From an uncultured Opitutia bacterium (GTDB lineage: Bacteria; Verrucomicrobiota; Verrucomicrobiia; Opitutales; Opitutaceae), in contig CAIYFD010000313.1 of assembly GCA_903925425.1 (NCBI GenBank), positions 1-38,406 of the forward strand: a stretch of DNA of 38,406 nt, written 5' to 3'. Made by a program: the position numbers and the translations under genes. The notes below the pieces were generated by a model. The model saw nothing but the letters and a program-made list of their open reading frames with translations. It was not told the origin of the DNA and did no database searches. Each line of letters starts with the position of its first letter. Position 1 is the stretch's first letter. Positions 25,065 to 37,300 of the stretch are shown one piece after another.

Positions 25065-25985
25065 ATGAATCATCCGCTGTCCCGCCGCAGTTTTCTCGCG
25101 CTGACCGGTTCCGCGCTGCCCTTGGCGTTGGCCGCCCCGTCAATTTTACGCGCCGCGGCGGCGGAGGCTGCGCCGGCCCCGGCTTCCGTTCCGATGGGCA
25201 AAAAATATCCCATCGGACTCGAGCTGTATTCCGTGCGCGGCGCCCTGATGAGCGACCTGCCCGGCACCGTCCGGCAGGTGGCGAAGCTGGGTTATGAGGC
25301 CGTGGAATTCTATGCGCCCTACTTCAGCTGGAATTTCGCGCAGGCGAAGGACGTGCGTTCGTTGCTCGATGACCTCGGCATGCGCTGCTACTCGACGCAC
25401 AACAACTTCAACGCGTTCACGACCGGCTTCGACAAGGCCGTCGAGCTGAACCAAATCCTCGGCACGCGTTACGTCGTGCTGGCGAGCGCCCCGAACACGG
25501 CCCGCGGACTCGAGGGCTGGAAGCAACTCTGCGGCCAACTCACTGAGGCGACGACCAAGCTTCAGACGCACGGCCTGACGGCGGGCTTCCACAATCACCA
25601 GACCGAGTGGGCCGCGCTCGATGGCGACCAGCGCATCATGGACGTGCTCGCCGCGAACACGCCGAAGGAGTTCATGCTCCAGTTCGACGTCGGCACCTGC
25701 ATGGAAGCCGGCGCCGATCCGCTCGCGTGGATCAAGGCCAACCCCGGCCGCATCCGCAGCCTCCACCTCAAGGACTGGGCGCCTGGTGCCGCCAAGGATG
25801 AGAAAGGCTACCGGACTCTTTTCGGCGAAGGCGTCTCACCCTGGAAGGAGATCTGCGCCGCCGCCGAGGACTCCGGCGGAGTGGAGTACTATCTCATGGA
25901 GCAGGAAGGCAGCCGCTTCTCTGAATTCGAAACGGCCGAGCGCGGCCTGGCCTCGTGGAAGAAATTCCGGGCCGGCAAGGCCTAG
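25065..25985 (+). CDS. Tat-exported sugar phosphate isomerase/epimerase (xylose-isomerase-like TIM barrel)
   Basis: 306 aa from the internal ATG at 25065. Twin-arginine leader MNHPLSRRSFLALTG, then LELYSVR, GYEAVEF, HNH and HLKD motifs typical of AP-endonuclease-2/TIM-barrel proteins. Confidence 0.8.
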   Translation: MNHPLSRRSFLALTGSALPLALAAPSILRAAAAEAAPAPASVPMGKKYPIGLELYSVRGALMSDLPGTVRQVAKLGYEAVEFYAPYFSWNFAQAKDVRSLLDDLGMRCYSTHNNFNAFTTGFDKAVELNQILGTRYVVLASAPNTARGLEGWKQLCGQLTEATTKLQTHGLTAGFHNHQTEWAALDGDQRIMDVLAANTPKEFMLQFDVGTCMEAGADPLAWIKANPGRIRSLHLKDWAPGAAKDEKGYRTLFGEGVSPWKEICAAAEDSGGVEYYLMEQEGSRFSEFETAERGLASWKKFRAGKA

Positions 25986-26464
25986 GTTCGCCGCCGAGTT
26001 GAAGCTCCGCAAGGGGCAGAGCTGGAAATCACGATCACGGTACCTTGCGTCGGTCGGGAGATTATTCCGCGATTCGAGGTGACGCACGCCGTTCGCAACC
26101 TCGGACGTGATGAGTGGCGGGAGGTTTACATCCGGCGCTATGCTCAAGCCGGGGTTTCCACGGGGACCATTGAATTTGGAAGCCGCCCTTGGCCTCAAAC
26201 GTGGAGCAATCGGCGGCGCCGAGTCCGCGAGCATCCGCGTCGCGAAGCAATTCCGGGCGAGTCCGAGGGGGACTCCGGTCGGGGGGGGGCTGACGCCAAG
26301 TCTGCCGATGGGAGTACCAACCGGCAGACCCTGATTTCTAAAATCTCAGGAAGTCCCGACTCACGCCTCCAGTGGCGGGCGGGTCGGCTCGGGCCAGTCG
26401 AGCCCAGCCTTCGCCAAGGCTACGGCGGGCTGGACCGATTTTCCCTTCGATGTAATCAACCGAT

Positions 26465-27967
26465 TTAAACTTCCAACTGGGGCCTCGACGCTTCTGGCCA
26501 GTCCAGGTGGAAGAACTTCCCGCGGGGCTTGTCGGTGCGCTCGTAGGTGTGGGCGCCGAAGTAGTCGCGCTGGGCCTGGAGCAGGTTGGCCGGCAGGCGG
26601 GCCGAGCGGTAGCTGTCGTAGTAGGCGAGGGCCGAGAAGAAGGTCGGGGCCGGCACGCCGCACTCGGCGGCCAGCGACACGACCTTGCGCCAGTTTTCCT
26701 GCGCCTTCTTCACCGTCTTGGTGAAATAGGGGTCGAGCAGGAGATTCGCGAGGTTCGGGTTCCGGGCGTAGGCCTCGGTGATCTTCTGCAGGAAGGCGGC
26801 GCGGATGATGCAGCCGCCGCGGAAGATCTGCGCGATTTCGCCGAAGTTCAGCTTCCAGCCGTACTCGGCTTGGGCGGTGCGCATGAGCTGGAAGCCCTGC
26901 GCGTACGAGCAGATCTTCGAGCAGTAGAGCGCGTCGTGGATGGCGGCGAGGAGGGCCTTCTTTGAGCCGCGATACTTCTTCGAGGGACCCTTGAGGATCT
27001 TGGAGGCGGCCACGCGCTCGTCCTTCAGGGCGGAAATGCAGCGGGCAAACACCGCCTCGGCGACCGTCGGCGCGGGCACGCCCATGTCGAGGGCGTTGGT
27101 CGAGGTCCACTTGCCGGTGCCTTTTTGCCCGGCCGTATCGAGCACGATGTCGACGAAGGGCTTTTTGCCGGCGGGGTCCTTCTGCTTGAGGATGTCGGCG
27201 GTGATCTCGATCAGGAAGCTGTCGAGGATGCCGGTGTTCCACTCGGAAAAGATCGCGCCCATCTCGGCGGGCTTCAGCCCGAGCAGGCCCTGCATCAGGG
27301 CGTACGCCTCGCAGATCATCTGCATGTCGCCGTACTCGATCCCGTTGTGGACCATTTTCACGTAATGGCCGGCGCCATTGGCCCCGATGTACGTCGTGCA
27401 GGGCACGCCGCCGCTCACGGGCTGGCCGGGCTTCGCGCCCATGATCGGACGGCCGGTCTTGGCGTCGACCTTGGCGGCGATCGCCTCCCAGATCGGCTTC
27501 AGTTCCTGCCAGGCGGCAAATTCGCCGCCGGGCATGAGGGAGGGGCCGAAACGAGCGCCCTCCTCGCCACCGGAGACGCCGCTGCCGATGAAACGCAGGC
27601 CCTGGGCCGCCAGCGCCTTCTCTCGGCGGATGGTGTCGGTCCACAGCGCATTGCCGCCGTCGATCACGATGTCACCTTTCTCCAACAGCGGCACGAGTCC
27701 GTCGATCACGGCATCGGTTGCCTTGCCGGCCTGCACGAGGATGACCATTTTCCGTGGTCGGGAGAGCGAGCCGGCGAACTCGGCGAGGGTCTTGGTGCCC
27801 ACGAGGCCGCCGGGCGTGCCCGGGTTTTCGGCGACGAACTTGTCGGTCTTTTCCGTCGTTCGGTTGTAGACCGAGATCTGGAAGCCGTGGTCGGCGATAT
27901 TAAGGGCGAGGTTCTGGCCCATCACGGCGAGGCCGATGAGCCCGATGTCGGAGTGCTTCTTTGGCAT
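26465..27967 (-). CDS. gnd: 6-phosphogluconate dehydrogenase, decarboxylating
   Basis: 500 aa from the internal ATG at 27967 ([29 protein letters not shown]...). Gnd-like along its whole length ([43 protein letters not shown]). Confidence 0.93.
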   Translation of the reverse strand: MPKKHSDIGLIGLAVMGQNLALNIADHGFQISVYNRTTEKTDKFVAENPGTPGGLVGTKTLAEFAGSLSRPRKMVILVQAGKATDAVIDGLVPLLEKGDIVIDGGNALWTDTIRREKALAAQGLRFIGSGVSGGEEGARFGPSLMPGGEFAAWQELKPIWEAIAAKVDAKTGRPIMGAKPGQPVSGGVPCTTYIGANGAGHYVKMVHNGIEYGDMQMICEAYALMQGLLGLKPAEMGAIFSEWNTGILDSFLIEITADILKQKDPAGKKPFVDIVLDTAGQKGTGKWTSTNALDMGVPAPTVAEAVFARCISALKDERVAASKILKGPSKKYRGSKKALLAAIHDALYCSKICSYAQGFQLMRTAQAEYGWKLNFGEIAQIFRGGCIIRAAFLQKITEAYARNPNLANLLLDPYFTKTVKKAQENWRKVVSLAAECGVPAPTFFSALAYYDSYRSARLPANLLQAQRDYFGAHTYERTDKPRGKFFHLDWPEASRPQLEV

Positions 27968-28020
27968 GGCGGAAGCGGAGTTGGCCACAAAGCCCGCCCA
28001 AAAACCACTGAAAACCCCGC

Positions 28021-28323
28021 CTACATCTTCCGAGCGCCGCCCGCCTGCTTGCCGTAGGATCCCTTGCTGGGGAGGAACGGGGCGATCTGGTCCACGAGCG
28101 GGGTGAGAAACGCCGGCTCGTTGCGCTCGTAGACCCAGCTGAAACCGATGATCACCACGGTGACAAAAACGATGACGGCCAGGAGCACCTTGTTCAGCCG
28201 GGCGAGCTTGCGCAGGATCACGATCGCGACCACGAAACCGGCGAGGACGGCGGCGATCTTCAGCCACGTCATGGGCGGCACCTTTTTCAGGTTGTCGAGC
28301 GTCGTGGCGGCGAGCGGAAGCAT
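28021..28323 (-). CDS. Small hypothetical membrane protein
   Basis: 100 aa from ATG 28323. Two predicted transmembrane helices ([18 protein letters not shown]; [19 protein letters not shown]). No recognisable family, and the start is uncertain. Confidence 0.45.
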   Translation of the reverse strand: MLPLAATTLDNLKKVPPMTWLKIAAVLAGFVVAIVILRKLARLNKVLLAVIVFVTVVIIGFSWVYERNEPAFLTPLVDQIAPFLPSKGSYGKQAGGARKM

Positions 28324-28407
28324 GATACGGAGGAAAAAGCCGCCGGTCCGGCATGACGAGCGCAAACCCCTTCCGGGAGTCACGGCGCCGGCGGATAAAT
28401 GGGATGG

Positions 28408-28854
28408 TTACCGCAGCGGCTCCGCTTGGGCGTGTTCACCGCGCGTGGCGCAGTTGATCCAGACGGAAGTGGCGCCTGGGTAATGTTCCTTTTTCCAGAT
28501 GGGCACGCGGGCCTTGAGCTCGTCGATGAGGTACCGGCTCGCGCCGTAGGCCGCGTCGCGGTGTTCCGCCGTCACTCCGACCCAGACCGCCATCTCACTG
28601 ATCGCGAGGGAGCCGGTGCGGTGGACGGCGACGATCCCCAGCACGGGGAACTTTGCGCGGGCCTCCGCCACGATGCGCTCACCCTCCTTCACGGCCAGTG
28701 CCGGGTAGGCCTCGTAATCGAGCCGTTCCACTGCGCGGCCGTCCTGGTGGTTGCGCACCCAGCCGGCGAACGTGATGCACGCGCCGGCCCGCGCCTCGCC
28801 CAGCGAACGCAGCAGCGGGACGGGATCGATCGGGATCTCGGAGAGGCGGAACAT
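28408..28854 (-). CDS. moaE: Molybdopterin synthase catalytic subunit
   Basis: 148 aa from the internal ATG at 28854. MoaE-like (ITFAGWVRN...[16 protein letters not shown]...E..V.V.V...HR..A, LK...PIWKKE). Confidence 0.85.
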   Translation of the reverse strand: MFRLSEIPIDPVPLLRSLGEARAGACITFAGWVRNHQDGRAVERLDYEAYPALAVKEGERIVAEARAKFPVLGIVAVHRTGSLAISEMAVWVGVTAEHRDAAYGASRYLIDELKARVPIWKKEHYPGATSVWINCATRGEHAQAEPLR

Positions 28855-28861
28855 GGGCAAG

Positions 28862-29107
28862 TCAGCCTCCCGCCACCGGCGGGATGAACACCACGGTGGC
28901 GCCGTCGCGCAGCGGCGCGCTCCATGCCGTGAACTCGTCGTTGATTGCCACCCGCAGTCGGTCGGCTGGCAGGCTGAAGCCGTGTTTGGCCTGGAGTTCC
29001 GCGTAGAGGTCGACGGCGGTGGCCGCCGTCGTCGCGAGCGTCTCGCGTGCGAGCCCGCGCTGCTCGCGGAGGATCGCAAAGTACTGGACGTGGACGGTCT
29101 GGGTCAT
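28862..29107 (-). CDS. moaD: Molybdopterin synthase sulfur-carrier subunit
   Basis: 81 aa from ATG 29107. Ubiquitin-like MoaD/ThiS pattern ending in the C-terminal PPVAGG. Lies 7 nt upstream of moaE. Confidence 0.8.
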   Translation of the reverse strand: MTQTVHVQYFAILREQRGLARETLATTAATAVDLYAELQAKHGFSLPADRLRVAINDEFTAWSAPLRDGATVVFIPPVAGG

Positions 29108-29204
29108 GCTTCCGGATTTGTTGCACACAGAGACACGGAGGAAAGCCCGATGTCTGGACCTGGCTTGGGCGCTGTGCTCTCGGTGTCTTTGGGTGAACCG
29201 GTTT

Positions 29205-29678
29205 TCATTCCGCCCGGTAGTGGCTCTTGCCGCCGGTTTTTTCCAGCAGGCGGATCTCGCGGATCACGATCCCGTGGGAAACAGCCTTGCCCATGTCGTA
29301 AAGGGTCAGCGCGGCCACGGTGGCGCCGGTCAGGGCCTCCATCTCGACGCCCGTCTTGGCCTCGGTCTGCACGCGGCAGTGGATGGTGACCTCGCCCTGG
29401 GCGTTCGCCTCGATCTCCACCTGGCAGTCCTCCAGCGGGAGCGGATGGCAGAGGGGGATCAGCTCGGAGGTGCGCTTGGCGCCCATCACGCCGGCGAGCA
29501 CGGCGGTCTGAAAGATGGAGCCCTTCTTCGTGGCGATGTCGCCGCCCTGCAGCAGCGCGGCCAACTCGGGTGGCAGAATCACGATGGCCACCGCGTGGGC
29601 CGTGCGCCGCGTCACGGCCTTGTCCCCCACGTTGACCATGGCGGGGCGGTTCTTCGCATCGAGGTGGGAGAGCTCCAT
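29205..29678 (-). CDS. moaC: Cyclic pyranopterin monophosphate synthase
   Basis: 157 aa. Has MVNVGDK..T.R.A, KKG.....A..AG..GAK.TSELIPLCHPL and TGVEMEALT...VAALT.YDM.KA. Confidence 0.9.
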   Translation of the reverse strand: MELSHLDAKNRPAMVNVGDKAVTRRTAHAVAIVILPPELAALLQGGDIATKKGSIFQTAVLAGVMGAKRTSELIPLCHPLPLEDCQVEIEANAQGEVTIHCRVQTEAKTGVEMEALTGATVAALTLYDMGKAVSHGIVIREIRLLEKTGGKSHYRAE

Positions 29679-29755
29679 GATTCAGGCGGGAATGGACGCG
29701 AATTCAGGGTTTTGGTCGAGGCTGGTCTCGCACGGGGAATCGGCCCCGTTGCGAC

Positions 29756-30235
29756 CTACTTGTCGTTGCCCTTCGGAAAATTGAACGACACCGCGGTGAA
29801 GACCTGGCCCTTGACCTCGAGGCGGGTGAGGACGCCGTCAAAGACCGGGGTGGTCTTGAGCCAGGCGGCCTCGGCCCCGAAGTGGGAGGTGTTGCCGACG
29901 GTTTCGCCCGTGGCGGTGCTGGCGATGGCGCGGAACACGAGTGTCTGGCTCTGGCCGGCGACAGTCGCCGCGATCTCGAAGGTCGGGCTCTCGATGCGGA
30001 TGAAGTTCTCCATCTCGCCGTCGAGCACGTAGGCGGAGAGCGTGCCGGGGTCTTCCTTGACGAGCTCCACGTGGAAGGCCTCCTCGCCGAGCTCGATGGC
30101 GGTGCCGTCGTGCGGGGTCTTGTGCTCGTGGGCCTTGGGCGCCGGGGCCGCGGTGGTCCGGGGTTCGGCCTTGCCGCAGCCTGCGGCCATGAGCGAGAGC
30201 GCCATGAGGGCGGAAAGGAGGGCGGAGCACTTCAT
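29756..30235 (-). CDS. Hypothetical lipoprotein with a His-rich N-terminal segment
   Basis: 159 aa. Lipobox LMAAGC, then KAHEHKTPHDG. The start lies 12 nt downstream of the CNNM gene stop, so co-transcription is likely. Confidence 0.55.
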   Translation of the reverse strand: MKCSALLSALMALSLMAAGCGKAEPRTTAAPAPKAHEHKTPHDGTAIELGEEAFHVELVKEDPGTLSAYVLDGEMENFIRIESPTFEIAATVAGQSQTLVFRAIASTATGETVGNTSHFGAEAAWLKTTPVFDGVLTRLEVKGQVFTAVSFNFPKGNDK

Positions 30236-30247
30236 GGCGGGTGAGGT

Positions 30248-31573
30248 TCAGACCGGGGGAATGCTGTCGAGCTCCCGCTCCAGGCGGACGCGGCGGGGGA
30301 AGTCGGGGCCGCCGTCGAGCACGATGGCGCGGATCTCGCCGACGGAGACGTGTTCGTCGCGTTGCGGGACGCGGCCGAGGTGGCGGACAAACCAGGCGCC
30401 GACCGATTCGCGCGGCAGCCATTCGAGCGGCCAGCCGGTCTCGGCCTGGATCTCCCGCAGGGTGAAAGCGCCGCTGACGGTGATGGAATGCTCGGTCCGC
30501 TCGAAGATGGGGCCGCGCTCGATGTCGAACTCGTCGCGGATGTCGCCGACAATCTCCTCGAGCACGTCCTCGAGTGTGATGATCCCGGCGAGGCCGCCGG
30601 CGTCGTCGAGCACGGCGGCGAGGTGGCTGCGCGCGCTCCGGAACCGTTCGATCATCTCGGAGAGCGGGGTGGTGAGCTTGAAGCGCACGATGGGCCGCAC
30701 GAGCGGGGTGAAGGGCACTTCGCCGCCAAGCGCCTGGATCTGCCAGAGCCACTCGCGCACCAGGACGACGCCCTTGAGGTTGTCGAGGCTGCCCTCGCAG
30801 ACCGGAAAGCGGCTGTGGCCGGAAGTCTGCGCGATGCGGATGTTTTCCGCCGGCGGGCGGTCCAGCCAGAGGGCCACGGCCTGGTCGCGCACGCGCATGA
30901 TCTGGCGGGCGGTGGTGCCGCGGACGCGCAGCGATTGCACCATGAGCTTGTTGACCAGGGCATCGCCTGGGTGGTGGTGCCGCGAGTGGCTGAAGACGTA
31001 CTCAAGTTCCTCGGCGCTGAGGGTCTGGTCATGCGAACCGGAGGGCCCGAGCCCGAGCCAGCCGAGGATGCGGCTTGAACTGCGGTTGAGCACCCAGATG
31101 AAAGGAAAGAACGCGCAGTAGAAGACGATCAGCGGGGCGGCGACCCAGATGGTCACGGCGGTGGACCGCTGGATGGCGAGCCACTTCGGGCCGAGCTCGC
31201 CGAAGACGATGTGGAAAAACGTGATCGTGACGAAGGCCACGGCGAACGAGATCGATTCGACCGTGCCGTGATTCGTGATGCCCCAGCCGGCCAGCACCGG
31301 CTCGAGGTGTTCGGCGACAAACGGCTCGCCGATCCAGCCCAGCCCGAGGCTGGCAAGAGTGATGCCGAGCTGGGTGGCGGAGAGGATGGCGTCGAGGTGC
31401 GTGACCGCCCAAAGCGCGAGCTTCACCCGCCAGCCGCCGGTTTTCACGAGCGGCTTGAGCTGGCTGGTGCGGACCTTGATAAGCGCGAACTCCGCCGCGA
31501 CGAAAAATCCGTTGGCGGCCACCAAGGCCAGGACAGCCAGGGTTTCGAGGGCGATGCCAAACACGTTCGTCAT
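30248..31573 (-). CDS. CNNM/HlyC/CorC family transporter (DUF21-CBS pair-CorC_HlyC)
   Basis: 441 aa. DUF21 N-terminus (NGFFVAAEFALIKVR), a CBS region, and a C-terminal CorC_HlyC-like region (LDDAGGLAGIITLEDVLEEIVGDIRDEFD). Confidence 0.85.
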   Translation of the reverse strand: MTNVFGIALETLAVLALVAANGFFVAAEFALIKVRTSQLKPLVKTGGWRVKLALWAVTHLDAILSATQLGITLASLGLGWIGEPFVAEHLEPVLAGWGITNHGTVESISFAVAFVTITFFHIVFGELGPKWLAIQRSTAVTIWVAAPLIVFYCAFFPFIWVLNRSSSRILGWLGLGPSGSHDQTLSAEELEYVFSHSRHHHPGDALVNKLMVQSLRVRGTTARQIMRVRDQAVALWLDRPPAENIRIAQTSGHSRFPVCEGSLDNLKGVVLVREWLWQIQALGGEVPFTPLVRPIVRFKLTTPLSEMIERFRSARSHLAAVLDDAGGLAGIITLEDVLEEIVGDIRDEFDIERGPIFERTEHSITVSGAFTLREIQAETGWPLEWLPRESVGAWFVRHLGRVPQRDEHVSVGEIRAIVLDGGPDFPRRVRLERELDSIPPV

Positions 31574-31656
31574 TGATTGCCCGAACGATACGGGATCGTC
31601 GCCGCGGCGCCAGTGTTAGATTTTCGGGCGCCACCCCACCCGGGCTGCGCCCAGCA

Positions 31657-31729
31657 TTTCACGTATTACGTGAAAAGTGCGTACCGCGCCTGTGGGCGGC
31701 TCCGCCAAACACGTCACGTATTGCGTGAC
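31657..31729. promoter_or_regulatory. Twin palindromic boxes TCACGTATT(A/G)CGTGA upstream of the CNNM gene
   Basis: tttcacgtattacgtgaaa (31657-31675) is a perfect 9+1+9 palindrome. gtcacgtattgcgtgac (31713-31729) has 6-bp perfect arms. The centres are 55 bp apart. Both lie in the 179-bp gap between the copA stop and the CNNM start. Confidence 0.5.
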
Positions 31730-31752
31730 AGGTTAGGCAGAGCCGGGCCGCC

Positions 31753-33780
<2,028 letters not shown>

Positions 33781-33842
33781 GGGAAACGGTCAGAGCAACA
33801 TACCGGCGAAACCAACGAATGACACGAAAAGGATTTCACCCA

Positions 33843-33871
33843 CCGCGGGGTGCGGGCACCTCGCCCCGCGG
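33843..33871 (-). terminator. GC hairpin downstream of the pentapeptide-repeat gene
   Basis: ccgcgggg-N13-ccccgcgg forms an 8-bp stem. On the minus strand it is followed by tgggtgaaatccttttc. Confidence 0.35.
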
Positions 33872-33924
33872 GAAGATCACATGGTGCCCTCCGGGAAATC
33901 CATGGGTAACAAATACTGCGGCCG

Positions 33925-34191
33925 TCAGGCCTTCTTTTCGTAAACGCGAAAAAGCTCCGTCACCAGCACGCCGTTGATCTTCATGCCGGCGAGATTGCAG
34001 TTCTCGAACTCGACGTTGGTGAGATTGATGTCGCTGAACTTCGTGTCGCTGAGGTTGACGTCGGCAAACAGGGACTCCGCCAGGTTCACATCCGTGAACT
34101 GCGCCTCGTGCAGGTCGACGTTGGTGAACTGCGAGCCCGACAGGTACGTGTTTGTGGCGATGAGGGTTTCGCTGGTATTGGTGAGGTGCAT
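33925..34191 (-). CDS. Pentapeptide-repeat protein
   Basis: 88 aa. Consecutive A(D/N)LxX-type pentapeptides are visible (SQFTNVDLHEAQFTDVNLAESLFADVNLSDTKFSDINLTNVEFENCNL). G+C is visibly lower than in the neighbouring genes. Confidence 0.8.
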   Translation of the reverse strand: MHLTNTSETLIATNTYLSGSQFTNVDLHEAQFTDVNLAESLFADVNLSDTKFSDINLTNVEFENCNLAGMKINGVLVTELFRVYEKKA

Positions 34192-34350
34192 GGGGGGCGG
34201 ACGCTAGGTGCAGCAGGGCGCGAGTTTGATACCAGCCCGCCGAGGCATGACCAGCGCGGACTGGGTTGGGTGCGTTCCGAATCCGGTTTTGTTCGGGGAA
34301 TCCGCGGCTAAACGAGGACCGGGATCGCGGCGCAATGCCGTTCCTGCGGC

Positions 34351-37300
34351 CTAAGCCTTCAACTGCCGCTCGCGGAGCCAGGCGAAGATCACCGGGGTCA
34401 CGATTAGGATGTGGACGAGCGAGGAGAGCATGCCGCCGACGACGGGGGCGGCGAGAGGGCGCATGACTTCCACGCCGGTGCGGGTGCTCCAGAAGATCGG
34501 GAGCAGGCCGGCGACGGCGGTGGCGACGGTCATGACCTTCGGGCGGAGGCGGAGGCGGGCGCCTTCGCGGATCGCGAGGAGCAGCTCCTCGCGATCCAGT
34601 TGAAGGTTGGAAGTTGAAAGTTGAAGGTCGGGTGAAAGCGCGGCGCGCTTGGCAGCGAGACGCCGTTTTACGGCGTCTTCCAAATACACGACCATCACCA
34701 CGCCGGTCTGGATGGCGGTGCCAAAGAGCGCGATGTAGCCGACCCAGACGGCCACGCTGAAGTTGTAGCCGAGCAAACCCTGCAGGATCACGCCGCCGGT
34801 CAGGGCGAAAGGCACGGCGAGAATCACGTGCGCGGCCTCGGCGGCGGAGTGGAACGTGAAGCAGAGGATCAGGAAGATGATGACCAGCACCGCCGGCATG
34901 ATCAGCTGCAGCGTGGCGCGGGCGCGGAGCTGGTTCTCGTACTGGCCGGAGTATTCGAGCGTCATGCCGGGATCGAGTTTGACCTCCTTGGTGACGGCGG
35001 CGCGGACGTCCTCCACGAAACCGCCGAGGTCGCGTCCGGTCACGTTGGCCTGCACGTAGGCGCGGAGCCGGCCGTTCTCGCTCGCGATCTCGTTCGGCCC
35101 GAGCACGCGCTTGATCGTGGCGACCTGCTGCAGGGGAACGTAGGCGCCCGACGGCAGCGGGACCGGGATGGCGCCGAGGCGGTCGATGTCCTCGCGGTCC
35201 GACTTTTCGAGGCGGACCTGCACCGGCCAGCGCTCACGGCCCTGGATCGTGGTCGTGGCGGTGCGCCCGCCGAGGCCGGTCTCGGCGATGGCAAGCACAT
35301 CGGCCGCGCTGAGTCCGAAGCGGGTGAGGGCGGCGCGGTCGACGGAGATCTCGAGATAGGGCTTGCCCTGTACGCGGGAGGGCGAGACGCCCGCGGCGCC
35401 GGGGATCTTGCTGACGACCGCCTCGATCTCGAAGGCCTTGCGCTGAATGGCATCGAGGTCGTCGCCAAAGATCTTCAGTCCGAGCTGGGCGCGGATGCCG
35501 GTGGAGAGCATCAGTACGCGGTTCTCGATCGGCTGGAGGAAACCCGCGGCATAGCCGGGCACCTGGGTGAGTTTTTCCGAGAGGTCGGTAATCAGCATCT
35601 CCTGGGTCATTCCGGGCCGCCACGCGGAGGCCGGCTTGAGCGTGATGGTGGTCTCGATCATCTCTGCCGGCGCAGGATCGGTGGCGGTGTCGAACCGGCC
35701 GAGTTTGCCGGCGACGGACGCGACCTCGGGGGTGGCGGCGATGACCTTGTCCTGCCAGGCCATGATGCGCTTGATCTCGGTAAGCGAGGTGCTCGGCACC
35801 AGCACCGGCATGAAGAGCAGGCTGCCCTCCTGCAGGGTCGGCATGAATTCGGAGCCGAACCCGCCGACGAGGCGTCCGGCGGAAGGCGGGAGGCGGGAGG
35901 CGATGGAGCGCGGCAGCCCGAAGGCGAGCAGGGCGCAGGCGGCGAGCAGCGTGGCGGCGCAGCCGAGGACCGTTTTGCGGTGCTCCAGCGCCCAGTTCAG
36001 GACCGGGTCGTAGATCGCGAGGAGGAAACGCATCAGCCAGTTGCGGTCTTCGGAGTGGAACGGGCCGCGCACGAGATAAGTGCAGAGCACAGGCACGAGC
36101 GTCACGGCGAGCACCGTGGCACCGAGCATCGCGAAGCTCTTGGTCCAGGCCAGCGGATGGAAGAGCTTTCCCTCCTGCCCGGTCAGCGTGAACACCGGCA
36201 CGAAGGCCAGAATGATGATCGCCATCGCGAGGAAGATGGGCCGGCCGACCTGCTGTGAGGCCTCGAGCGTGACCTGCCATGTTTCGGCGGACGTGAGGCG
36301 TGAGCCCTTGGCCTTCTCGGCGAGCTCGCAGTGCCGGATGACATTCTCGGTCATCACGATCGCGGCGTCCACCAGCACGCCAATGGCAATGGCGATGCCG
36401 GTCAGCGACATGATGTGCGACTGGATGCCGAATTCCTTCATCAGGATGAACGCGATCAGGATCGAGGCGGGCAGCGGCAGCGTGACGATCAGGATGCTGC
36501 GGAAGTGAAAGAGAAACAGGACGTGCATCAGCGTCACGAGGATGACGGCTTCCCAAAGCGTGTGCTTGAGCGTGTCGATCGCGCGGCCGATCAGGTCGCT
36601 GCGGTCGTAGAACGGCTCGATCGTCACCCCGGGCGGCAGGCCCGGCGCGATCTGCGCGATCTTGGCCTTCACGTCCTGGATCACCTGCCAGGCGTTCTCG
36701 CCCGACCGCATCACGACCGTGCCACCGACCACCTCGTGCCCGTCGACATCGAGCGCACCGCGGCGGTAGTCGCCGCCGATCTGCACCGTGGCCACGTCGG
36801 TGAGCCGAATCGGCACGCCCTGGCGGACGTCGAGCGCGATGCTTTCGAGATCCGCGGCCGACTTGATCAGGCCGACGCCACGGACGATGAACTCCATGCC
36901 GTTTTCCTCAAGGGTGCGGCCGCCGACGTTGAGATTGTTGCGGGCGATCGTCTCCAGCACGCGGTCGAGCGTGAGCCCGAGCGCGCGGAGTTTGACCGAC
37001 GAGACCTCGACCTGCCACTGGCGCACGAACCCGCCGATGCCGGCGACCTCGGCCACGCCCGGGACGGACGCGAGTTGGAAGCGGATGAAATAATCCTGCA
37101 GCGCGCGGAGGGATCCGAGGTCCTGTTTCCCGGAGGTGTCCTTGAGATGGTACTGATAAACCCAGCCCAGCCCGGTGGCGTCGGGCCCGAGGCGCGGGGT
37201 GACCCCGGCCGGGAGGAGGTTACCGAGGTAGTTCAGCCGCTCGAGGACGCGGGTGCGGGCGAAGTAATTGTCGATCTTGTCGTCGAAGATCACCGTGAGC

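Noticed and set aside
26281-26400. tmRNA or RNase P RNA, suggested by GGGGCTGA at the G-run and by GGAAGTCCCGAC resembling the P4 GGAAAGUCCGG motif
   Set aside because: There is no tRNA-like acceptor/T-arm end (no GGTTCGAATCC...CCA), no tag ORF, no second P4 strand (ACAGAA.CCGGCUUA-like), and too little noncoding space before gnd. The motif matches are partial.
26079-26468. 129-aa + strand ORF, with overlapping ORFs at 25836-26234 and 26107-26334, in the isomerase/gnd gap
   Set aside because: Arg/Gly/Ser-rich with no motifs and no start context, and mutually overlapping in different frames. Treated as noncoding.
29108-29204. Moco riboswitch between moaC and moaD
   Set aside because: A hairpin can be drawn on the minus strand (agacac-c-gag paired with ctc-c-gtgtct). 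The gap is only 97 nt and internal to the operon, and I could not recognise the conserved Moco-motif junction sequences. This cannot be settled without a covariance model.
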